Source: Pirellulales bacterium
GTDB lineage: Bacteria; Planctomycetota; Planctomycetia; Pirellulales; PALSA-1355
Direction: 5' to 3'
DNA: 64,000 nucleotides
NCBI GenBank assembly: GCA_963733035.1
Contig: CAVTBU010000005.1
Location: 1,152,001 to 1,216,000 of the forward strand
A model generated the notes under the pieces. It saw only the letters and a list, made by a program, of their open reading frames with translations. It was not told the origin of the DNA and ran no database searches. The translations under genes and the position numbers were made by a program. Position 1 is the first letter of the stretch. Each line of letters starts with the position of its first letter. Shown in pieces: positions 28,560 to 38,693 of this stretch.

Positions 28560-29585
28560 ATGATGATTGCTTGTGCTCATGCGACGTTCCAGAAATACGG
28601 CAAAGACCGCAAGGGAATCCAGCGGTTTAAGTGTTCATTGTGCGGCAAGCGTTGGACGGAAGAACATGCCAAGCCGCTTGGCGAGATGCGCGTGCCCGTG
28701 GAAACCGCCAAGCTGACCTTACGTCTGCTGACGGAAGGCATGAGCATTCGAGCCACGGAGCGGACTACAGGCGTCCATCGTGATACGCTCTGCAAGCTGA
28801 TCGTATTCTTCGGCGATGCCTGCAAGCGGTTCCTAGACGATCGCATGCAGGGCCTACAACTGAGTCACCTGCAATTCGACGAACAGTGGACGTTCGTTGG
28901 CAAGAAACAGTCTCGCCTCACGATGACCGAACGTACTAGGTCGAGCGATATTGGCGACATTTATTTGTGGACCTGCATTGACCAGAAAACGAAGCTTCTG
29001 CCCGCGTTCCTGATTGGCAAACGTTCGGCGGACAATGCCCGTCGCTTCATGATGGACGTTGCGAGCCGCTTAACGTTTCCCAAGCCGCACCAGAGCGACG
29101 ACCAGAGCTATACGAAGCCCGGATATCGGCCAATCGTGCAAATCTCGACCGATGGATTCTCGGCCTACCCGGAAGCGGTGGACCTGGCGTTTGGACCTTA
29201 CGTGAAGTACGGCACGATAATCAAAGAGTACCGCAACGCCAGCATGATCTACACGCCGTCCGAAATGGTCGGCACGAAGCGGACTGGCGTTCGCGGGATA
29301 AGCGGCCGGAACCGGCGGACGATATGCACGAGCCACGTAGAGCGACTGAACGGTACCCAGCGGGTCTTCATGAAGCGGCTTAACCGATTGACACTGTGCT
29401 TCTCCAAGAAGCTTCGGAACCTGGAATGTGCTTTTGCAATGTTCGCGGCCTATTACAATTATTGCTGGCAGACTCGTAAGCCGGGCAAGAGCGGCCAGAA
29501 GCGGGGCACCGCTGCTATGATGGCTGGAATTGCTGGGCACGTGTGGAGCTTTGATGAGCTGTTTGAGGCAGTGCTATGCGGGTAA
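28560..29585 (+). CDS. IS1-family DDE transposase (single ORF, ISMhu11-like architecture)
   Basis: Zn ribbon (CAH...CSLC), HTH (GMSIRATERTTGVHRDT), catalytic QFDEQW / STDGF / HVERLN, RLTLCFSKK, and C-terminal AMMAGIAGHVWS. Confidence 0.92.
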   Translation: MMIACAHATFQKYGKDRKGIQRFKCSLCGKRWTEEHAKPLGEMRVPVETAKLTLRLLTEGMSIRATERTTGVHRDTLCKLIVFFGDACKRFLDDRMQGLQLSHLQFDEQWTFVGKKQSRLTMTERTRSSDIGDIYLWTCIDQKTKLLPAFLIGKRSADNARRFMMDVASRLTFPKPHQSDDQSYTKPGYRPIVQISTDGFSAYPEAVDLAFGPYVKYGTIIKEYRNASMIYTPSEMVGTKRTGVRGISGRNRRTICTSHVERLNGTQRVFMKRLNRLTLCFSKKLRNLECAFAMFAAYYNYCWQTRKPGKSGQKRGTAAMMAGIAGHVWSFDELFEAVLCG

Positions 29586-30073
29586 AAGCGGCATATGGGC
29601 AGCACTGGACATGGTTTGTATATTGTTGTATATTTCAGTTAAGCAGGAGCAACATGCCTTCCGATATTGAAGGGGGTACCAAGATGGTCGCGCCGAGGGA
29701 AGGGGACAGTCAGCGGATTCGGTTTGATGCCGCCGTTCCCATGCCCAAAAAGACCGTGCGCGTAATTGGCTACGCGCAAAAAGAAGGCCGAACGATTCTC
29801 AAAAACGATGGCAAATATCAGCATATCGTGGACATCGAGAAGCGTTTGGTTGATTTTGGAAATCTTGAAGAAACCTGCGATCTGGACATCCGCAGTTTTC
29901 ACGAATTTTTTGAATTGCGCGAGCGCGGAGGACTGTTGGGAAATATAAACCTCAGGGTGTTTTTTGCGCATCTCCCTGAGCGGAATGAAATCGTGATCTT
30001 AAAGACGTACAAAAAGGAGAGGAACGACCAAACGCCACTGAACCTACCCACGTTTGGTGGGCGCGCTGTGGGG

Positions 30074-31054
30074 TTATTTGTTGGACATTGGGTTTGAGTT
30101 TGGGGTATTGGGTTGGCGACCCGCGAGACCCTTCGCGGGTCTTGCGCGGTCGCGGTGCTCGTGGGCGGATGATGCTTGGAGAGCGGTATCTGCCAGAGTC
30201 CGCCGGAAGGCTGGGGCGCCGCTGGCGAGGCTTTCTTCGTACTCCACCGGGCTCAAGTGCCCCAGCGACGAATGACTCCGACGACGATTGTAGAACACTT
30301 CGATGTATTCAAACAGGCTTTGTCGAGCGACCTCTTGAGTCGTGTACTGTTCGTGATACACCAGCTCCGTCTTCAGCGTGCCGAAGAAGCTTTCCGCGAC
30401 GGCATTGTCGTAGCAGTTGCCACGGCGACTCATGCTGGCTTGCAGGCCATACCGCGTGAGCAAGCCCTGGTAGTCGTCGCAGGCGTACTGCACGCCCCGA
30501 TCGCTGTGATGCAACACCTCGTTCTGCGGCCGCCGCTGCTCGATCGCCAACCGCAGCGCCCGCAAGCACAAGTCCGCAGCCAGCGAATCGCTGGTGGCCC
30601 AGCCCACGATCTTCCGCGAACACAAGTCGATCACCACCGCCAAGTACAACCAGCCCTCGGCCGTGCGGACGTACGTGATGTCGGCCGCCCAGGCCCGATC
30701 GGGCTGCGGCTGGTAAAACGCCCGATTCAGCCGGTTCGGAGCGATCGGATGGGCGTGACGGCTTTCGGTCGTCCGGACGCGGAACCGGCGATGCATTTTC
30801 GAACGCAGACCGGCGGCACGCATCAGCTTGGCCACCGTGTTCTTCGAGCAGCGAACGTCTTCTGCGATCAGGTCGCGATGCACGCGCGGCGAGCCGTACA
30901 CCGCGCGGCTCCGCTCGTGCACGCGGCGGATCTGGTCGGTCAGCTTCGCCCGCCGCTCGGCGGTTACGCTCGGCGCACGCTTCCACCAGGCGTAGTAACC
31001 GCTCCTGGTTACCTGCAAAACTCGGCACATCACGTTCACCGGAAACTCCCGCAT
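30074..31054 (-). CDS. IS3 transposase OrfB (integrase core)
   Basis: YGSPR, WAADITY, WLYLAVVIDL, HSDRGVQY, CYDNAVAESFFGTLK and YNRRRSHSSLG. Confidence 0.96.
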   Translation of the reverse strand: MREFPVNVMCRVLQVTRSGYYAWWKRAPSVTAERRAKLTDQIRRVHERSRAVYGSPRVHRDLIAEDVRCSKNTVAKLMRAAGLRSKMHRRFRVRTTESRHAHPIAPNRLNRAFYQPQPDRAWAADITYVRTAEGWLYLAVVIDLCSRKIVGWATSDSLAADLCLRALRLAIEQRRPQNEVLHHSDRGVQYACDDYQGLLTRYGLQASMSRRGNCYDNAVAESFFGTLKTELVYHEQYTTQEVARQSLFEYIEVFYNRRRSHSSLGHLSPVEYEESLASGAPAFRRTLADTALQASSAHEHRDRARPAKGLAGRQPNTPNSNPMSNK

Positions 31055-31077
31055 GTGATCCTTGATGAACGCGAATC

Positions 31078-31359
31078 TCAGGGCTGGTGCTTGGCGAAGA
31101 AGGCCGTCGCTTTTTTTAAAATCTCACGCTCCATGAGGAGCCGCTTGTTCTCCTCCCGCAGCCGCCGCAGTTCCGCCCGCAAAGCCGAGTCACCGCTCGC
31201 GCTGACGCCCACTTCCGGCCCGAACTTCTTCAGCCAATTGCGGATCGAGGCGGCGTCCACGCCCAGGCTCTTGGCCGCCTCCACGACCGTATAGCCCTGC
31301 TGGTTCACCAACTTGACCGCCGACACCTTGAACTCACGCGAATACACTCGACGACCCAT
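31078..31359 (-). CDS. IS3 transposase OrfA; -1 frameshift site AAAAAAAG near 31110-31117
   Basis: YSREFK..AVKLV, HTH, leucine zipper ELRRLREEN...EREILKKATAFFAK; TTAAAAAAAGCG on the minus strand. Confidence 0.95.
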   Translation of the reverse strand: MGRRVYSREFKVSAVKLVNQQGYTVVEAAKSLGVDAASIRNWLKKFGPEVGVSASGDSALRAELRRLREENKRLLMEREILKKATAFFAKHQP

Positions 31360-31565
31360 GACACGCTCCTTTCACCGGCATTATGCCAGTTCTGTCGCGC
31401 GCCACGAATCGTGGGGAAGGTCACCACCATACATCGTGATCATCCTTCGCGATCGGCTCGCGAGGTATCTCGATGGCCAATTGCAGGAAGGAATTGCGAC
31501 TCACCCGAAGTCGAAACATCGCACTCGGTAAAGTTGCGACTCCACCAACGGAGATGGAATTAATC

Positions 31566-32018
31566 ATGTCAGTCACTACAGAGCGAAAGAGATTTGTGCA
31601 GAAAGGCGCCGAGCGTCTGATTAGTTTGCCTAGTGATAAGCTGGAACAACTTCAGCAGCTCCGCGACTATTTCGGTCGCGCCAGAACACAACGGGAGCGC
31701 CGCGAGATAATTGATGCTGTAGCCGAGCTGATTTGGCCACCCAATGACGGAACAAAGGCGGTAAATCTTGAATTAGGCATCGACAAGAGAGCCCGTGCCA
31801 AGGTAGACAATTACCGAGAGCAGGTTGGGAACGCAATTCGGCGGAGACGCGAGAAGCTGAATATGACCCAGGAAGAACTTGCGAAACTAGCCGGCATCCC
31901 ACAAAGCCATGTTTCGCGACTTGAGCAAGGGCGACATGCGCCGACTCACATTACTGTCAAGCGGCTGGCGAAGGCACTGAAAACTCGCCCCGCTAAGCTC
32001 GATCCAGGATTCGACTAA
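31566..32018 (+). CDS. XRE-family HTH protein, probable HigA-like antitoxin
   Basis: C-terminal IRRRREKLNMTQEELAKLAGIPQSHVSRLEQGRHAP; lies directly downstream of the toxin. Confidence 0.85.
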   Translation: MSVTTERKRFVQKGAERLISLPSDKLEQLQQLRDYFGRARTQRERREIIDAVAELIWPPNDGTKAVNLELGIDKRARAKVDNYREQVGNAIRRRREKLNMTQEELAKLAGIPQSHVSRLEQGRHAPTHITVKRLAKALKTRPAKLDPGFD

Positions 32019-32039
32019 ATCGTACGGATTATCTCACAC

Positions 32040-32065
32040 GCCCCGGCCCCCTGCCGGGGCTTTTT
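32040..32065 (+). terminator. Intrinsic terminator after the antitoxin
   Basis: GCCCCGGC-CCCCT-GCCGGGGC followed by TTTTT. Confidence 0.8.
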
Positions 32066-32086
32066 CATGCGCGGTAGAATCGCCAT

Positions 32087-32365
32087 ATGAGCCAATTCAC
32101 TCTCAAGCGGATTGCTTTTGCCGTGTTCTGGCTCGGTGTGTGGTTCGCAGCCTGGACGGTTCATGCCGCTTCATTCAAGCAAGGTCCATACCAAGGGATT
32201 CTGATGCCGCTATATTGCGTGCGGATAGCAGCTCCGTTCACTGCGATTGGCGCACTTTTCGGTCGCCCATGGCTTGGAACCTCAGTCGGGTGCAGCGTCT
32301 TCATCTTGATTGTCTTGGCGCTGTTGCTGGCAATATCGTTCGGAGGCGGCGGCTGGGCAATTTAA
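32087..32365 (+). CDS. Small 3-TM membrane protein (transposon cargo)
   Basis: TAGAAT -10-like element just upstream; three hydrophobic segments including AIGALFGRPWLG. Confidence 0.65.
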   Translation: MSQFTLKRIAFAVFWLGVWFAAWTVHAASFKQGPYQGILMPLYCVRIAAPFTAIGALFGRPWLGTSVGCSVFILIVLALLLAISFGGGGWAI

Positions 32366-32444
32366 ATGCGCAAATGTCGGTCCCAATTCGGAACCACCAC
32401 ACTATTAGGACACTACCGAATCTCGCCCATGCGGCGTTTCGCGT

Positions 32445-33260
32445 CTAGTCGTTTACGACAATGCAACCAGCTACGTTCGCGCCGCTGGCCCGCAGCGCGT
32501 TGATTGTCGCGCTGGCATTGGCGCGCCGCGTATGGGGGCGTGAAAGCACGTAGTAGACCGCGTCGCAGCGCGCCGCCAGCCAGCCGGTTTCGGGCTCGGC
32601 CTGGTTGGCCAAGCCGATCAGCACGGTGCGATACAAGGGACGGAGGGCCCCCCAACCGAACTGCGGCCGTTCGAACGTGGGGACCTGGCCGTTTCCCCGC
32701 GCCACGAAATCGATTTTCGCCACATTCGTCGGATGAATGATATCCGGCCAAGGCACCTCTCCGAGCATGGCCTCGATCATGCCGGGCCCGGGTCGCGAAA
32801 CGGTCTTCGAGAGACGTCCATTTCGCAAATCTCCGTCCACCAGCAGCACGTCGGCGGCGGAGTGCAGCGAGAAGCACTGGGCCAGTTGCGTCATCGAAAA
32901 GTTTGGCTCAACCCACCGATCGGCCGCCACGAACAACAGGACGTTGCTATAGTTCGCCGACAATTGATCGCCAATCCGGGTGGCCATCTCAAGGTAGTAG
33001 TCGGCCGGATTGGGCGAAATCGGCAGCACGCACCTTTCGAACGGGGCGGTTGGAAGCGCCGGACGCACCGGAGGTGAGGCGAGCGGCTCGCTCTCGCTTG
33101 GCGCGACCGTCTCCGCGGCCTGGTCGAGCAAGCCGGCCGTCTCGTCGAGTACGGCTTCCCACGATACCTGCGGCGCGGGCGGATCCGCGGGAGGCGACTC
33201 CATGGCCGGTTCGTGGGCGCGAGCGTCGAGCGTCTTGAGCGCGTCCAACATTCGTCCCAT
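32445..33260 (-). CDS. CpsD/CapB (BY-kinase/MinD-like) family protein, degenerate
   Basis: MGRMLDALK N-terminus, VLLVDGDLR, CDAVYYVL and C-terminal GANVAGCIV. No intact Walker A. Confidence 0.7.
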   Translation of the reverse strand: MGRMLDALKTLDARAHEPAMESPPADPPAPQVSWEAVLDETAGLLDQAAETVAPSESEPLASPPVRPALPTAPFERCVLPISPNPADYYLEMATRIGDQLSANYSNVLLFVAADRWVEPNFSMTQLAQCFSLHSAADVLLVDGDLRNGRLSKTVSRPGPGMIEAMLGEVPWPDIIHPTNVAKIDFVARGNGQVPTFERPQFGWGALRPLYRTVLIGLANQAEPETGWLAARCDAVYYVLSRPHTRRANASATINALRASGANVAGCIVVND

Positions 33261-33283
33261 CCGAGATACTCTCCGCGCAGGGC

Positions 33284-34903
33284 TTACCCGCGTCGCAACT
33301 TCGAAAACAACTGTCGAAACTCACTACGTCGAGGTTGCATCGGCACTGTGCGCGCGGGCGCGTCCTCTTCGACCACGATTGCGGGCCGTGCGGCGACGAT
33401 ACGCGAACGGTCGTCGACGGGACGCGGTGCCGGGGTTTCGACGGCGGATTCACGTGGCGGCGCGTCCGACGCGCTCGGTTCCGCTGTGTCGGTCACGCTC
33501 GGTTCGCTCAATGCGGCTTCCTCAGGCAGAACCGGATCCGCGGCGGGTGAAAACTCAACTTCGTTGGTGTCGACCACGTTGGCGGTCGTGACCGTCTCGG
33601 ACAGCACCCCGGCATCGGCGGGCTCGACTTCGGTCGAAAGGAAGATTGCGGCCGCGGCCTTGTCCTCGTTCCGCGACCACAGATTCGGCGTTTCGAGCGG
33701 TGGCAGCAGCGACCCGATTTGTCGCCCCTCAGAACTACTGACGCGCGGCACGTCAGCAAAGATCTCCGCGCCCGTGCGGTATCGGTCGAGCACGACTTCC
33801 TCCTCGGCGAACTCCTCGCTGAAAGGATCGCCAAACTCCGGAAAGTCGAGCTCAACTTCCGTCGCCGCGGAAACCATCCGGTCGTCTTCAATTTCGGAGA
33901 GTTGCTCTGCGATTGCGTCCAATTGTTCGTCAGGCGTGGCCAGGTGCAGGTTCCGACTTTGCAAATTCCGCTGTGGCTCGCACGCGCGAAACGGAATCGC
34001 CTCGGGCATGGCCTCAACATCGTCGGTTAGGTGGCCAAATTCGACGATCTGGCTGCTGGCGTCGTCGTGCGACGGCTCGCCAGACCAGGGTAAGGGCAGC
34101 TGTTGCAAGTCGGCCCACGCTTCATCGATCGCTTCGCTCGATAGTCGCGTGTGGCCGCCGAGCGCCGCCAACACCAGGGCGTGATCGCACACCTGATTGA
34201 TCAGGCGAGGAATTCCGTCGGTGGCGCGAAAAACACTCCGGAGCGTTTCGTCGTCGACCATTACGGCCGGATCGCCGCCGGCAGCCGCAATTTGCGCGCG
34301 GACGTAGGCGCTTGTCTCGGCGCGATCAAAATGCTCCAGGTAGCACCGCCCGGCGACGCGCTGGGCGAACGATGCCAGTTTTGGACTGGCAAACCGCTCT
34401 TCAAGCGAAGGACCGCCGGCCAGCACGGCTTGCACGCGCGGCCTTCCATCGCGGACCAAGTTTGTGATCAGACGAATTTCGTCAAGCAGCCGCCAGGGTA
34501 GGGTGTGCGCCTCGTCGACGAGCAACAGCAGACCCTCGGGACCATCCGGCGTCGGTTCGAGGTAGTCCACAAGGGAGAGTCGCAACTCTCCTTCGTCCAA
34601 GCCACGGTAGGGCAGTTTCAATTCATAATGGACAGCCTGCAGCAGCGCCTGGCACGATTTGAGTCGTCCACAGGAGAGCAGCACCACTTTAAACGGGCCG
34701 TTAAACTTTTCGGCCAGCAGCTGACACAGCAGAGTCTTCCCCGTTCCGGGCGGTCCGATCACCAGGCCCGGCCCTTCACTGCGCTCAATCACGCGTTCGA
34801 GTGTACGACGTGCGTTTTCGATGCTGGCCGCCGGGAAATAGTTTTTGGCCAGAGGAGCAATGGCGAACGGGCGGCTGTGAAATTCGAAAAACTCCTCGTA
34901 CAT
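33284..34903 (-). CDS. ExeA/GspA-like AAA ATPase with long acidic tail
   Basis: MYEEFFEFHSRPF, GPPGTGKT, LLVDEAH, YVRAQI and TDGIPRLINQVCDHAL. Confidence 0.92.
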   Translation of the reverse strand: MYEEFFEFHSRPFAIAPLAKNYFPAASIENARRTLERVIERSEGPGLVIGPPGTGKTLLCQLLAEKFNGPFKVVLLSCGRLKSCQALLQAVHYELKLPYRGLDEGELRLSLVDYLEPTPDGPEGLLLLVDEAHTLPWRLLDEIRLITNLVRDGRPRVQAVLAGGPSLEERFASPKLASFAQRVAGRCYLEHFDRAETSAYVRAQIAAAGGDPAVMVDDETLRSVFRATDGIPRLINQVCDHALVLAALGGHTRLSSEAIDEAWADLQQLPLPWSGEPSHDDASSQIVEFGHLTDDVEAMPEAIPFRACEPQRNLQSRNLHLATPDEQLDAIAEQLSEIEDDRMVSAATEVELDFPEFGDPFSEEFAEEEVVLDRYRTGAEIFADVPRVSSSEGRQIGSLLPPLETPNLWSRNEDKAAAAIFLSTEVEPADAGVLSETVTTANVVDTNEVEFSPAADPVLPEEAALSEPSVTDTAEPSASDAPPRESAVETPAPRPVDDRSRIVAARPAIVVEEDAPARTVPMQPRRSEFRQLFSKLRRG

Positions 34904-35081
34904 CTTCTGCGTCCCCTAAATTCCCTGGCCGCAATAGCTTTACACGTCGCCGACAACACGACTCTTAATGGTTCGGCATCCCGGCGGAACCCTCTGTACT
35001 GCGATGCGAACTGGCCGGAACTTTCCCCCGAACCGACGTGGGCCGGGGGTGCATAGGGTCGTCGCAGCATGCCGGCCCCGC

Positions 35082-36268
35082 TTAGAGGCCAAACAACGAG
35101 CGCAACGTTGTCACCGGATTGGTAGAGAAGCGGAACAAGTCATCCGCGTGTTCGATGGCGTATGCGACGGCCGAAAACACCAGTACGGCGAGCAGGACCT
35201 CGGCCAGCAAAACCAAGACTTTTCGTACCGGCACCGCGGCGCGATCGATCCTGCCAGTACTCAACGCTGGCACGATGCCCACGACGGGAATTGCGAGTGC
35301 CGCCGCCGCCTCGTCGGCGCTGGCAAAGAGTGGATCGGCCGACGAACGGGCCAACCGCACCGCGGCCAGTGCGGCCAGCGAGAGGGCCACGGCCAATGCG
35401 GCCAACACCAGCGTCTGGGTACCTGACGAGGGGGACGACGCCGCGGGAGTGGCGGCCAAAGCAGCGACCGGCGGCTGGTCAGGCCGCTGCTCGCTGGCTG
35501 GCGGTGTTTGCCTTGGTGTCGCGGGCAACGCCGGGTGCGGGTGTTGGCTCGCGGTCAACGGATCGCTGGCGGGCCGTGAAATCGGCGCGCCCAAGGGCAA
35601 GGCCGCCAGTCGCTCGACCGCCGCCAGTTCCGCCTCTTGCGCGGCTTGGAGGTCATTGCGGGCGGCCGCCCAACGGTCAAATAGCCGCTGGTACGTGGCC
35701 GCGTCGGCCGCGGACTGGCGCTTTTGGCGGTCGATGAATTCCGACCATTCTCCCATATCGAGCGCGCTTGAAGCGGCCTGCGCATCATCCAGCTTCAAGG
35801 CGTTTTGCGCGGCCAGCGATTTAAGGCGTGATTCGAGGGTCGCGATTTGGTCGTCGACCTCGACCACCTCGGGATGGACCTCGGTCAGAGTTTTCAGAAG
35901 TTGCCGGCGTTTGGCTTGCAACTCATCGAGTTCGCCCTCCAGTTGCTTCGCTTGCGGGTCGGGCGACAAGTGCGACTGGTCGCCAGCGCCGTTCGATTCA
36001 GGCAGCGGCGGATAGTCGGGGCGGCTCCGCGTGTCAAAGTGCTTGGACAAGAACGTCTCAAGCCTTGCATGGGCATACGCGGCGTCCGTTTTCGCCTTTT
36101 GGACTTCGTCGCGAGCCGCTTCCAGCGCCGCAACAGCCTCGGCGCGTTCGACGCTTCGACCCACAAGCGACGGCTCAATGGCCCCGAGGTTCGTCCCTGA
36201 GAAAAGTATGCAAACAAGCAACAGCGCAGCGCCCAGCCGCGCTTTCGGCCGGAGTCGGTGATTGACAT
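35082..36268 (-). CDS. Wzc/GumC-like coiled-coil membrane protein; probable frameshift near 36225
   Basis: LTEVHPEVVEV (GumC-type Y/T.xHP motif), coiled coil, TM helix, ALAIPVVGIVP and a final TM. The N-terminal MSITDSGRK is in another frame. Confidence 0.65.
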
Positions 36269-36440
36269 TACTCGGTCGGCGCTCGACATGCGGAAGCTGG
36301 CGACATATGCGCAGGGTGAAGGGTACACGGTCCCAGTTTCGTCGTCAACGCGCCGGTGGCGTGGACTTGAAGCCATCTAAACCAATCTTGAGGAAAAGCT
36401 ATAATTACGTTGCAAGTTTGTTGGGCTGTTGGGGTCGAAT

Positions 36441-37107
36441 ATGTTCCGAGTGAAAATCTGTGGCGTAACCAACCCCCACGACGCGCGCCTGGCGTGTGAA
36501 GCCGGTGCCGACGCGATCGGGATCAATTTCTACTCGTCCAGTCCACGATATTGCACGCCAGCGTCGGCGCGAGATTGTCGCAGCCGTGCCGCCGGGGATC
36601 TGCAGGGTGGGTGTGTTCGTCGACGCGCCGGTCGATGAGATTCGCGAGATGGCGGCCAACGTGCCGCTCGATTTGATTCAGTTGCACGGCTGCGAGACAC
36701 CGGAGTTTGTGCGTTCGATCCGTCCGTTGCCCGTCATGAAGGCGATGGGATGCGAAGATGATTTGCAGTCGATCGGCGAATACCTCGACGGCTGTCGTCG
36801 TCTGAACGCCATGCCCCGAATGCTGCTTTTGGATGCCGCGCGCGGAGGCCAACTGGGCGGCACCGGCCAAACGATTGATTGGGACCTGGTGCGACAACAT
36901 CGCCAAAAACTTGCTGGTGTGCCGCTCGTGCTGGCCGGCGGGCTGAAGCCCGATAACGTCGCACGCGCAATCGCGACCGTCCATCCGTGGGGGGTTGACG
37001 TGGCGAGCGGTGTTGAAACGGCACCGGGAAAAAAGTCTGAAGAATTGCTGCGCCAATTCGTCGCCGCGGCGAAGCAGGCGTTTGCCAGCGTCAATTCGCG
37101 CGGTTAG
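36441..37107 (+). CDS. trpF: Phosphoribosylanthranilate isomerase; apparent frameshift near 36570
   Basis: VKICGVT...[16 protein letters not shown], then [24 protein letters not shown] and GVDVASGVE. Confidence 0.93.
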
Positions 37108-37239
37108 CTTCAAAACGCCGCCAGCAAGTGCGGGTTGTCAGTGCCCAGCCGGCTGCCCTATGATAGGGTGACTCGAAGCCCAGGAGCGGACACGCTGCTA
37201 ACAACCGTGCACAACGTCTGAATGCCAAAGGAGATACAC

Positions 37240-38553
<1,314 letters not shown>

Positions 38554-38582
38554 TCGCGGGCGAGTCGACGATTTGACAATCT

Positions 38583-38621
38583 CACAGGGCTTCGGGATAA
38601 CAACCGAAGCCCTGTGTTTTT
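38583..38621 (+). terminator. Intrinsic terminator after ahcY
   Basis: CACAGGGCTTCGG-8 nt loop-CCGAAGCCCTGTG followed by TTTTT. Confidence 0.85.
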
Positions 38622-38693
38622 CGCTGGTCACCGGCTGCCGGTTCCTGCCAGGTCGCATTCCAGCCATCCCTTTTCCAAAAAGCCCAACCATCC

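Larger units (their letters stand above)
30039..31423 (-). mobile_element. IS3-family insertion sequence of 1385 bp
   Basis: TG...CA ends. TIRs TGAACCTACCCACGTTTGGTGG and TGACCTTCCCCACGATTCGTGG match at 17/22. The 4-bp TSD CCAC is at 30035-30038 and 31424-31427. Confidence 0.95.
29654..31531 (+). pseudogene. RelE/ParE-superfamily (HigB/Gp49-like) toxin interrupted by IS3; coding parts 29654-30038 and 31428-31531
   Basis: AGGAG RBS and FFELRERGGLLGNINLRVFF...IVILKTYKK. Removing the IS and one CCAC copy restores in-frame ...NDQTPPYIVIILRDRLARYLDG...*. Confidence 0.8.
27095..32417. mobile_element. IS1-family cargo transposon of 5323 bp, including a nested IS3
   Basis: Left TIR GGTGGTGTCCTAACAGTGAGGTGGT (27095-27119) matches the reverse complement of the right TIR, GGTAGTGTCCTAATAGTGTGGTGGT (32393-32417), at 22/25. 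The 8-bp direct repeat GAATCTCG flanks both ends (27087-27094 and 32418-32425). An IS1-type transposase lies inside. Confidence 0.92.

Noticed and set aside
37165..37239. Possible SAH riboswitch upstream of ahcY
   Set aside because: AGGAGCG is present, but I could not find the GCTGC..CAGGCTC and CGCTC pairing elements of the SAH aptamer. An Rfam scan would settle it.
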